Positions 9,481 to 16,633 of a stretch of DNA of 39,326 nt are shown here, in pieces. Below the pieces are notes generated by a model. It worked only from the letters and a program-made list of their open reading frames with translations. It searched no databases and was not told the DNA's origin. Within the stretch, counting starts at the first letter, position 1. Each line of letters begins with the position of its first letter. The translations under genes were made by a program, and so were the position numbers. This stretch comes from an uncultured delta proteobacterium. GTDB taxonomy: Bacteria; Desulfobacterota; Binatia; UBA9968. The stretch covers positions 1-39,326 of the forward strand of contig CAWJBB010000026.1 of NCBI GenBank assembly GCA_963840855.1. Direction: 5' to 3'.

Positions 9481-9534
9481 GTAATATACAGAAGAAATGC
9501 AGTTATATACGGAACTAGATAATCTTGGTTAGCC
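9481..9534 (+). other. Putative attI site
   Basis: Core GTTAGCC at 9528. Its continuation GTTAGCCAC is complementary to GTGGCTAAC of the first attC. There is no attC hairpin upstream, but direct repeats GTAATATACAGAA (9481) and GTTATATACGGAA (9502) lie 21 nt apart. Confidence 0.6.
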
Positions 9535-9613
9535 ACCTTAAAACGTGATGGCAAGATTACACCGGCTGATATATATTTAGGTCAGGTTCCAAAAGCAAAG
9601 ATCTGGTGTCGCA

Positions 9614-9886
9614 ATGAAATCCCAACCACGTTACAGCAAAGAAGAGTTTGCCCGCCGCGGGGATGCGATCTATGAAAGTGAGCTTCGCCCGGTTCTGGAA
9701 AAAGGAAACGCGGGAAAATTCGTCGCCATCGATATCGAAACCGGAGCCTACGAGGTAGATGGCAATGAACTAGCCGCCTCGGATCGCCTTCTGGCTCGGG
9801 TTCCAAACGCCCAGATATGGCTGAGGCGTATTGGCTCCCGCTATGCGCGCCATTTCGGGTCCTACCCACGATCACCCGCAGCATGA
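9614..9886 (+). CDS. Small hypothetical protein (GKFVAIDIETG family), partner of aspartic protease
   Basis: 90 aa. ATGA overlap with the downstream protease inside one cassette. Confidence 0.8.
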   Translation: MKSQPRYSKEEFARRGDAIYESELRPVLEKGNAGKFVAIDIETGAYEVDGNELAASDRLLARVPNAQIWLRRIGSRYARHFGSYPRSPAA

Positions 9887-10269
9887 TTTCCGGCGTTGTC
9901 ACGCACGACCGCCAAGCTGTTATCCACCTCACGGTGCGTGGTCCCGCCGGGCAAGAGCAAGAGATCGAAGCGATCATTGACACGGGATTTGACGGGTCGC
10001 TCAGCCTGCCTTCCTTAATTGTGGTCCAGCTTGGCTTGCCTTGGCGCCAGCGTGGCCGTGCACTCCTGGCAGATGGGAGCGAGAGCGTTTTTGACATCTA
10101 CGAAGCCACAGTGGATTGGGACGGGGAAGCTCGGCGCATTGCCGTGGACGAGGCCGAAACCGTTCCGCTTGTTGGGATGTTTCTGCTGGAAGGCTATGAG
10201 CTTACCGTCCAGGTCCAACCTGGTGGGAACGTTACCCTAAGAGCGTTATCGCAAACAAGAAGTGGCTAA
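9883..10269 (+). CDS. Clan AA (retropepsin-like) aspartic protease, AF_0612-like
   Basis: IIDTGFDG catalytic motif, LADG flap and LVGM.LL. The stop overlaps the attC R'' box. Confidence 0.88.
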   Translation: MISGVVTHDRQAVIHLTVRGPAGQEQEIEAIIDTGFDGSLSLPSLIVVQLGLPWRQRGRALLADGSESVFDIYEATVDWDGEARRIAVDEAETVPLVGMFLLEGYELTVQVQPGGNVTLRALSQTRSG

Positions 10270-10323
10270 CAATTGGGTTGAGAAGGACGCGGCAGACCGC
10301 GCCTCTCACCCATAACGTTAGCC
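10264..10323 (+). other. attC site 1 (60 bp)
   Basis: GGCTAAC...TGGGTTGAGA..GCGG..CCGC..TCTCACCCA...GTTAGCC. Confidence 0.93.
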
Positions 10324-10360
10324 GCCATTGCGTGGAGCGCTTTCTGGCCAACTTCATTCC

Positions 10361-10369
10361 TGGTACTAT
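10361..10369 (+). promoter_or_regulatory. Putative extended -10 promoter inside the TA cassette (repeated at 13261-13269)
   Basis: TGGTACTAT about 25 nt upstream of the DUF2442 start. TA cassettes typically carry their own promoter. Confidence 0.45.
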
Positions 10370-10393
10370 TGGCAGTTGTGGAGGAATTGAGCC

Positions 10394-10678
10394 ATGAGAA
10401 GGATTTCCAAGGTCAAGGTCTTGCCCGGGTATCGCCTGGAGCTGGAATTTGACGACGGGGTGTCCGGAACTGTGGACCTCTCTGAAGCGGTCGGCAAAGG
10501 TGTGTTCGCCCTGTGGCGCGACCCGCTCGTCTTCGAGCAGGTTCGTATCGGTTCATCCGGTGAACTGGTCTGGGGCGAGCAGGTTGATCTATGCCCGGAC
10601 GCGCTCTACCTCAAGGTAACGGGTAAGAAACCAGAAGACATTTTTCCCGCACTGCGCGGCCAGCCCACTCATGCCTGA
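10394..10678 (+). CDS. DUF2442 domain protein (DhiA-like antitoxin)
   Basis: YRLELEFDDG, L.D...F.QV and W....DLCPDALY. Confidence 0.88.
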   Translation: MRRISKVKVLPGYRLELEFDDGVSGTVDLSEAVGKGVFALWRDPLVFEQVRIGSSGELVWGEQVDLCPDALYLKVTGKKPEDIFPALRGQPTHA

Positions 10679-10931
10679 GATCAGCCGTTTCTTCGGCATC
10701 GTGATCAAGATGTTCTTCGACGATCACAACCCGCCGCACTTTCATGCGGAGTATGGCGGTAATCTTGCCTTGATCGATATTCGAACTCTGGCCGTCTTCT
10801 CCGGACGGTTGCCTCCTCGCGTAACGGGTCTTGTGATCGAATGGGCGACGCTACATCAGCAGGAGCTTCTCGCCGATTGGGATAGGGCACGCGCGCGGGA
10901 GGAGCTCCAGAAGATCGCGCCCTTGGAATGA
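10671..10931 (+). CDS. DUF4160 domain protein (DhiT-like toxin)
   Basis: MPEISRFFGIVI.MF.DDHNPPHFHA.Y and W...H..EL...W. Confidence 0.9.
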   Translation: MPEISRFFGIVIKMFFDDHNPPHFHAEYGGNLALIDIRTLAVFSGRLPPRVTGLVIEWATLHQQELLADWDRARAREELQKIAPLE

Positions 10932-10935
10932 GAAC

Positions 10936-10995
10936 GGCTAACATTGGGTTGAGAAGGACGCGGGGGGACCGCGCCTCTCACCCAAAACGTTCGCC
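10936..10995 (+). other. attC site 2 (60 bp)
   Basis: GGCTAAC...GTTCGCC, nearly identical to attC1. Confidence 0.93.
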
Positions 10996-11135
10996 CGAAA
11001 ACCTGCCACGGAAAGCAAGTATGGAGACAACCAGATGCCGAACTAGGCGGCCGTTGAGAACCACTTTTACGGCGAGGAGTTGAGTGAGGTGGAAGCGGCC
11101 CTGAAAACCGTCACCAACAATCGGAGGACACGTTC

Positions 11136-12014
11136 ATGACTACGGAAGGGAAAAATGCCGCTGCCGAAGAGGCGATCACGAAGGAAGCGCTAACCCGCTA
11201 CCAAGCTACGACGGGCCCCCGCCTGCGCGAGATCATCTTGAGCCTGATCAAGCATCTGCATGGCTTTGCGCGCGACGTGCGGCTGACCGGCGACGAGTAC
11301 CTCTTCGCGATGAACTATCTGGTCCAGCTGGGCGGGTACTGCAAGGGCGGCAGGCAGGAATTCCTCGCGCTCGCCGAGATGCTCGGGCTCGAAACCCTGG
11401 TGATCCAGATATCGCAGCCGAAGCCGGAAGGCGCGACGCTGCCGGGCGTGCTCGGACCGTTCTTCCTTCCGAACGCACCCTCTTTCGCGAACGGCGCCGA
11501 CATCGCCGAAGACGTCGCGGGCGAGCCGCTCTACGTCTCGGGGCGTATTCTCGCGATCGATCGTCGGCCTGTTCCAAACGCGACCATCAACGTCTGGCAA
11601 TCGGACGGGCGGGGACTGTACGACGTGCAGGGTGACCTGGCCAAGGACGGAATGCGGACGCGGGGGCAATTGAAGAGCGAGCCGGACGGTCGCTATTCGT
11701 TCTGGACGGTCGTCCCCATCGGGTATCCAGTCCCGAATGACGGGGGGATGGGCGACCTGGTCAAGTATACCTCGAACGGGGGCTGGCGGCCGGCGCACGT
11801 TCACTTCATGATCGAGGCCGATGGCCACGACACCCTGGTGACGCAAATCTGCGTGCGCGGCAGTGAGTACCTCGACCGGGACGCTGCCTTTTCGGTACGG
11901 GACGGGCTGATCGCAGACTTTCCGCGGCATCAGCCCGGTAAGGCGCCTGACGGCCGCCAGATGGATCGCCCGTTCCACACCATGGACTACGACTTCGTAT
12001 TGACCCGCGCATGA
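11136..12014 (+). CDS. Intradiol ring-cleavage dioxygenase (hydroxyquinol/catechol 1,2-dioxygenase-like)
   Basis: Four Fe(III) ligands in WQSD..GLYD, GYPVP and WRPAHVHF. N-terminal RLREI...L.KHLH dimerisation domain. Confidence 0.92.
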   Translation: MTTEGKNAAAEEAITKEALTRYQATTGPRLREIILSLIKHLHGFARDVRLTGDEYLFAMNYLVQLGGYCKGGRQEFLALAEMLGLETLVIQISQPKPEGATLPGVLGPFFLPNAPSFANGADIAEDVAGEPLYVSGRILAIDRRPVPNATINVWQSDGRGLYDVQGDLAKDGMRTRGQLKSEPDGRYSFWTVVPIGYPVPNDGGMGDLVKYTSNGGWRPAHVHFMIEADGHDTLVTQICVRGSEYLDRDAAFSVRDGLIADFPRHQPGKAPDGRQMDRPFHTMDYDFVLTRA

Positions 12015-12087
12015 TCAAGGGCGTCATGTTGGAGGATGAAAAGGTCCCGGTGAGTCAACTCCAACCTATGCCACGGGGGTAAGGCAG

Positions 12088-12187
12088 GCCGAACAAGCCG
12101 CTGCAGCCGACCGGGCCGGCCATTGCGGCTTCTGGGAGTTCACAGGTCACTCAGGCCGGCCCGGCGGCTGAGCGGGGTCGGTTATGC
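12088..12187 (+). other. attC site 3 (100 bp)
   Basis: GCCGAAC AAGCCGCTGCAGCCGACCGGGCCGGCC...GGCCGGCCCGGCGGCTGAGCGG...GTTATGC. Confidence 0.9.
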
Positions 12188-12282
12188 CGCTAGATTGAGC
12201 AGGTCCCAGAGATCATGTACAAGACGGCAAGCCCCCAAGCATGAAAGTGCTCTAGAATCGCACTAGCAATTGTGGAGGCCAT

Positions 12283-13098
12283 ATGCGAGCTGTTGTTCTG
12301 ACCACATTCGTTGGTCTCATCTGTTTGGTATCGCCGGCATTGTCGCAATCTCCCTCGGTACCTCAACCCGACAGCGTATTTCTCGAAGAGCTCACCTGGA
12401 TGGAGGTACGCGACGCGATTGCCGGCGGCAAGACAACCGTCATCATCCCGACCGGCGGTACCGAGCAGAACGGTCCTCATATGGCGCTCGGGAAACACAA
12501 TTACCTGGTGAAGTACAAGGCCGGAGAAATTGCGAAGCATCTCGGGAATGCGCTTGTGGCTCCGGTACTCGCCTACGTTCCTGAAGGCGAAGTCAACCCG
12601 CCCACCAGCCATATGCGGTTCGCTGGTACGATCACTACGCCGCAGGATGTATTCGCCAAAGTCCTCGAGTATGCTGCAAGAAGCTTCAAGCAGCACGGAT
12701 TCCTCGATATAGCCCTCATCGGCGACAGCGGAGGCAACCAGAAGGGTCAACAACTCGTGGCCGAGGCGCTGAACAAGGAATGGGCCGCCACGATAGTGCG
12801 CGTCCATCACATCACCGCCTACTATCCAGGACGAGGCGACAATTGGCTTGTCAGCCAGGGTATCAGTGCCGCCGACGTGGGCTCACATGCGGGGACACAC
12901 GACACAGCGAGCCTGATGTACCTCAATCCCTCAATGTTGCGATTCGACAAGATGGGGCCAGGAAAATCAGGAGATGGGCAAGGGCACACCGGTAACCCTG
13001 CCAAGGCAACTGCTTTGTTCGGGAAACATATTCTAAAAATGCAAGTGGATGATGCGGTCAAGCAGATTCAGGAGTTGCGCGTGAGCAGCCGCCGTTAA
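12283..13098 (+). CDS. Creatininase family protein with signal peptide
   Basis: LEELTW.EV, IIPTGGTEQNGPH, DSGGN and HAG..DT. Hydrophobic N-terminal signal. Confidence 0.87.
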   Translation: MRAVVLTTFVGLICLVSPALSQSPSVPQPDSVFLEELTWMEVRDAIAGGKTTVIIPTGGTEQNGPHMALGKHNYLVKYKAGEIAKHLGNALVAPVLAYVPEGEVNPPTSHMRFAGTITTPQDVFAKVLEYAARSFKQHGFLDIALIGDSGGNQKGQQLVAEALNKEWAATIVRVHHITAYYPGRGDNWLVSQGISAADVGSHAGTHDTASLMYLNPSMLRFDKMGPGKSGDGQGHTGNPAKATALFGKHILKMQVDDAVKQIQELRVSSRR

Positions 13099-13125
13099 GC
13101 AGCGCCCTTCACGGCAAGCGAGGCG

Positions 13126-13223
13126 GCATAACAGCCGCTGCAGCCGACGAGCGGCGCGGCGAGCGCGAGCTGATTCGGAAAGATCGTGAGCGCCGCTCGC
13201 GGCTGAGCGGCAATGCGTTAGCC
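13126..13223 (+). other. attC site 4 (98 bp)
   Basis: GCATAAC...GTTAGCC. GCGGCATAAC is the exact complement of the cassette start GTTATGCCGC (12181). Confidence 0.92.
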
Positions 13224-13568
13224 GCCATTGCGTGGAGCGCTTTCTGGCCAACTTCATTCCTGGTACTATTGGCAGTTGTGGAGGAATTGAGCCATGAGAA
13301 GGATTTCCAAGGTCAAGGTCTTGCCCGGGTATCGCCTGGAGCTGGAATTTGACGACGGGGTGTCCGGAACTGTGGACCTCTCTGAAGCGGTCGGCAAAGG
13401 TGTGTTCGCCCTGTGTGGCCGATTTCACGGAACGTACCCACCCAATTTCAACGAAGGGACCCACCTGATTTCACGGAAGGGACCCACCCCATTTCAGGTG
13501 GTACCCTTCGTTTTCTGAGCTAAGCGACGAACGATGCTACCTTGGCCAACTGGAGGAGGATCCAGTTG

Positions 13569-15086
13569 ATGGCCAAAGAGAGGACCAGCGTTCGTATGCA
13601 AGCGCAAATCAAAATTCTGTCCGAACAAGGGCATTCCATTCGCAGCATCGCCCGGATACTGAGGCTTTCGCGCCGAACCGTGCGCAAGTTCTTGGAACCA
13701 GCCCCACAACCGACCTCTGAGATCGGCGGCTGGATGGAGACGCTTGACTGGGAGTATGTCCGCCAGGAAGTCTATGGCAAAGGGACCACGGTCAAGCAGA
13801 TCCAGAGGGAAGTGGCCCCCGATATCGCGTACGTAAAGTTTTGGCGGGCGTTTCGGGAGAAGGTCAGTGCGCAGGCCTCACCCGATCAAGTGACGATCCG
13901 GCTCGATCATAAGCCCGCGGAAAAAACCCAGATCGATTTCTGTGACGGTCTGTTTCTCACCGACCCGGTCACCGGCCATAAAACTCTCACACAGTTTTTC
14001 TTAGGCGTGTTGCCGTTCAGCTCGTATTTCTTCGGCGAGTTCGTTCTAGATCAAAAGCTTGCCACGTTTATCGGGGTCCAGAGCCGCATGTTCGCCTACT
14101 TTGGTGGGATCACCCCCTACGTGGTCGTGGACAATCTCAAAAGCGGTGTCCACAAGGCCGATCTGTACGACCCCGATGTCAATGCCACCTACTGTGACTT
14201 TGCCAATCACATGGGCTTTGCTGTTCTGCCGGCCAGGCCCCGAAAGCCCCGCGACAAGGGCTCGGGAGAAAGCCACATCGGAGTGGTCCAAAGGAGTTTT
14301 TTCCAGGAGGTCCGTAACCGCGTCTTTTATTCGCTCCCCGAGCTCAATCAAACGCTGCGGGACTATCTACAGCGGCTCAACTACGAAGTGATGAAAGACT
14401 ATGGGGTGAGCCGCTCCCAGCGCTTCGCTGAAGAGAAAAAGCAGTTAAAAGCCCTGCCGGCTTCGCCCTTCGAGCTCAGCGAGTGGCGGCAAGCTAAAGT
14501 CCATCCCGACTGCCATGTCCAGGTGGAAAAAAACTTCTACTCGGTCCCCTTTGTTTACGTCGGCCAAATAGTCCGGGTCAGACTCACGGAGAAAATCGTC
14601 GAACTCTTCAGCGAGGACAGCCAATGCCTTACCGCGCACCCAAGACTTAGGGGCATCGGACAGTTCTCCACCTATGATTTCCATTATCCAGAAAAAAAGC
14701 TTAGCGTAGCGCGCTTCGAAATCCGTCACGCCCAACAGCAAGCCAAACAGGTCGGCCCCCATGTCGAGAAGTTGGTCGACCAGCTGCTCTCGGGCCACCA
14801 TCCGCTGCGCCATCTACGGCGGGTCCAAGGGATCTTGCGGCTTTCAAAACGCTATCCCGTCACCCCTCAAGCTCTGGACCACGCCTGCCAGCGCGCCCTG
14901 AGCTTCAACAAAACACGGCTCGCCTACATCAAAGACTGCGCCCTTTACTTTGTCGCCCACGGTCAAAGACCGACGCTGCTTACCCCAAAGAGAAAGCCCG
15001 ATACCGTTCATCTGCACCAATACGGCGCCGATTCGGACTCGGATCCAGAACCGTCCTTGCCTTCGGTGGAGGAGGAAATCCTATGA
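13569..15086 (+). CDS. istA: IS21 transposase IstA
   Basis: N-terminal HTH (SIRSIARILRLSRRTVRK), QIDF, VVDNLKSGV, P..PRDKG..E and NFYSVP. ATG 13569 follows GGAGGAGG. Confidence 0.95.
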   Translation: MAKERTSVRMQAQIKILSEQGHSIRSIARILRLSRRTVRKFLEPAPQPTSEIGGWMETLDWEYVRQEVYGKGTTVKQIQREVAPDIAYVKFWRAFREKVSAQASPDQVTIRLDHKPAEKTQIDFCDGLFLTDPVTGHKTLTQFFLGVLPFSSYFFGEFVLDQKLATFIGVQSRMFAYFGGITPYVVVDNLKSGVHKADLYDPDVNATYCDFANHMGFAVLPARPRKPRDKGSGESHIGVVQRSFFQEVRNRVFYSLPELNQTLRDYLQRLNYEVMKDYGVSRSQRFAEEKKQLKALPASPFELSEWRQAKVHPDCHVQVEKNFYSVPFVYVGQIVRVRLTEKIVELFSEDSQCLTAHPRLRGIGQFSTYDFHYPEKKLSVARFEIRHAQQQAKQVGPHVEKLVDQLLSGHHPLRHLRRVQGILRLSKRYPVTPQALDHACQRALSFNKTRLAYIKDCALYFVAHGQRPTLLTPKRKPDTVHLHQYGADSDSDPEPSLPSVEEEIL

Positions 15087-15245
15087 GCACGAGCTTAAAA
15101 TCCAGCCGCAAAGCCATTTTTAATCATCCAGACAAGCAAGCGGGAAAAAACGGCCTCCGTATAAGCCCTATAAACGACGATCTCGGCTCGGTTGATACCT
15201 GGGGTTCCCCCAAAAACAGCCCTTTCACCAAGAGGTCGCACCACC

Positions 15246-16016
15246 ATGATGCTTGATCAAGTCAGAGCCCTCTCGCACCAGATGCGCCTGTTCGGCATCC
15301 ATGAAGCCTGCGAACGACAAGCCCAGATCGCTTTGTCCCAGCAGTTCCATCCCCTGGAGTTCCTCCGACTCCTGCTCGAAGATGAACTGTTGTCGCGCAA
15401 AGACCGTACCGCTAAGGCGCTCATGACCAAGGCCCGCTTTCGGTTCCGCGCCGATCTGGAAGACTTAGATTTAGCGTTCCACAAGGATCTGACCAAGGCT
15501 AAGATCAAAGAGCTCTGTGAATTAAACTTCCTTCATAACCAGGAGAATCTTTTGATCCTTGGAAAAACCGGCCTGGGTAAAACTCATCTCGCCATTGCCT
15601 TGGGTAAACGGCTGTGCCAGGAAGGCCATCCCACTCAGTTCTTGCCAGTCAACTTCCTGTTCGAGGAAATCCAGGCCGCCAGGGCCGCCGGCCGTTACCT
15701 CAACTACATCCGTAGTCTCATCAAGGCCAAGGTTTTAATCCTCGATGACTTAGGGCTAAGAAACTACACCCACGAGGAGGCCACTTCCCTGATGGACATC
15801 CTCGAAGAGCGTTACCGCAAGGCTCCCCTCATTGTCACCTCCCAGGTCGAGCCCCAGGGGTGGATAAAACTGTTTGAAGATCCGGTGATCGCCGAAGCCA
15901 TTGTGGATCGGCTGATTCATCCATCTCAGAAAATCACTCTGAAAGGAGAGAAATCCTATAGAGAAAAACTTGCAGAGAAAAAATCGGGATTGAAAAACCA
16001 GGGAGGCTCAGTGTAA
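15246..16016 (+). CDS. istB: IS21 AAA+ helper ATPase IstB
   Basis: Walker A GKTGLGKTHLA, Walker B LILDDLG, and AIVDRL.H...I.L.G.SYR. Confidence 0.95.
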   Translation: MMLDQVRALSHQMRLFGIHEACERQAQIALSQQFHPLEFLRLLLEDELLSRKDRTAKALMTKARFRFRADLEDLDLAFHKDLTKAKIKELCELNFLHNQENLLILGKTGLGKTHLAIALGKRLCQEGHPTQFLPVNFLFEEIQAARAAGRYLNYIRSLIKAKVLILDDLGLRNYTHEEATSLMDILEERYRKAPLIVTSQVEPQGWIKLFEDPVIAEAIVDRLIHPSQKITLKGEKSYREKLAEKKSGLKNQGGSV

Positions 16017-16266
16017 AAGTCAAAATCGCTTCGTCGCTTCGCTCCGCTGATTTCAGTGGTCCCCTTCGTTGAAATCGGGTGGGTCCCTAAAGTGAAATCG
16101 AGCACCCTGTGGCGCGACCCGCTCGTCTTCGAGCAGGTTCGTATCGGTTCATCCGGTGAACTGGTCTGGGGCGAGCAGGTTGATCTATGCCCGGACGCGC
16201 TCTACCTCAAGGTAACGGGTAAGAAACCAGAAGACATTTTTCCCGCACTGCGCGGCCAGCCCACTC

Positions 16267-16527
16267 ATGCCTGAGATCAGCCGTTTCTTCGGCATCGTGA
16301 TCAAGATGTTCTTCGACGATCACAACCCGCCGCACTTTCATGCGGAGTATGGCGGTAATCTTGCCTTGATCGATATTCGAACTCTGGCCGTCTTCTCCGG
16401 ACGGTTGCCTCCTCGCGTAACGGGTCTTGTGATCGAATGGGCGACGCTACATCAGCAGGAGCTTCTCGCCGATTGGGATAGGGCACGCGCGCGGGAGGAG
16501 CTCCAGAAGATCGCGCCCTTGGAATGA
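16267..16527 (+). CDS. DUF4160 domain protein (second, intact copy)
   Basis: Same protein sequence as 10671-10931. Confidence 0.9.
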   Translation: MPEISRFFGIVIKMFFDDHNPPHFHAEYGGNLALIDIRTLAVFSGRLPPRVTGLVIEWATLHQQELLADWDRARAREELQKIAPLE

Positions 16528-16531
16528 GAAC

Positions 16532-16591
16532 GGCTAACATTGGGTTGAGAAGGACGCGGGGGGACCGCGCCTCTCACCCAAAACGTTAGGC
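16532..16591 (+). other. attC site 5 (60 bp)
   Basis: Identical to attC2 up to the GTT crossover, then GTTAGGC. Confidence 0.93.
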
Positions 16592-16633
16592 GCCTGATCT
16601 CATCGTAGTCGAAAACTGCAATGGATTGATATT

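Larger units (their letters stand above)
13416..16104 (+). mobile_element. Complete IS21-family insertion sequence (2689 bp)
   Basis: Ends TGGCCGATTTCAC / GTGAAATCGAGCA (TG...CA). Multiple ~23-bp subterminal repeats. 7-bp TSD CCCTGTG at 13409-13415 and 16105-16111. Carries istA and istB. Confidence 0.96.
13294..16274 (+). pseudogene. Second copy of DUF2442 gene interrupted by IS21
   Basis: Matches 10394-10678 except for the IS at 13416-16104 and the duplicated CCCTGTG. Confidence 0.93.

Noticed and set aside
9285-9554. Minus-strand ORF at the position where intI would be expected
   Set aside because: 89 aa with no tyrosine-recombinase motifs (no RHR/Y residues or integron-specific insertion).
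11037-11059. GCCGAAC...GTTGAGA as an additional attC
   Set aside because: Only 9 nt separate the boxes and there is no L-box hairpin. It is chance or an unrecognisable relic.
13416-13510. Tandem ~23-bp repeats resembling a mini-CRISPR
   Set aside because: They have no unique spacers and recur inverted at 16047-16104. They are IS21 subterminal transposase-binding repeats.
13294-13518. 74-aa ORF as an independent gene
   Set aside because: It is a chimera of the DUF2442 N-terminus and the IS21 left end.
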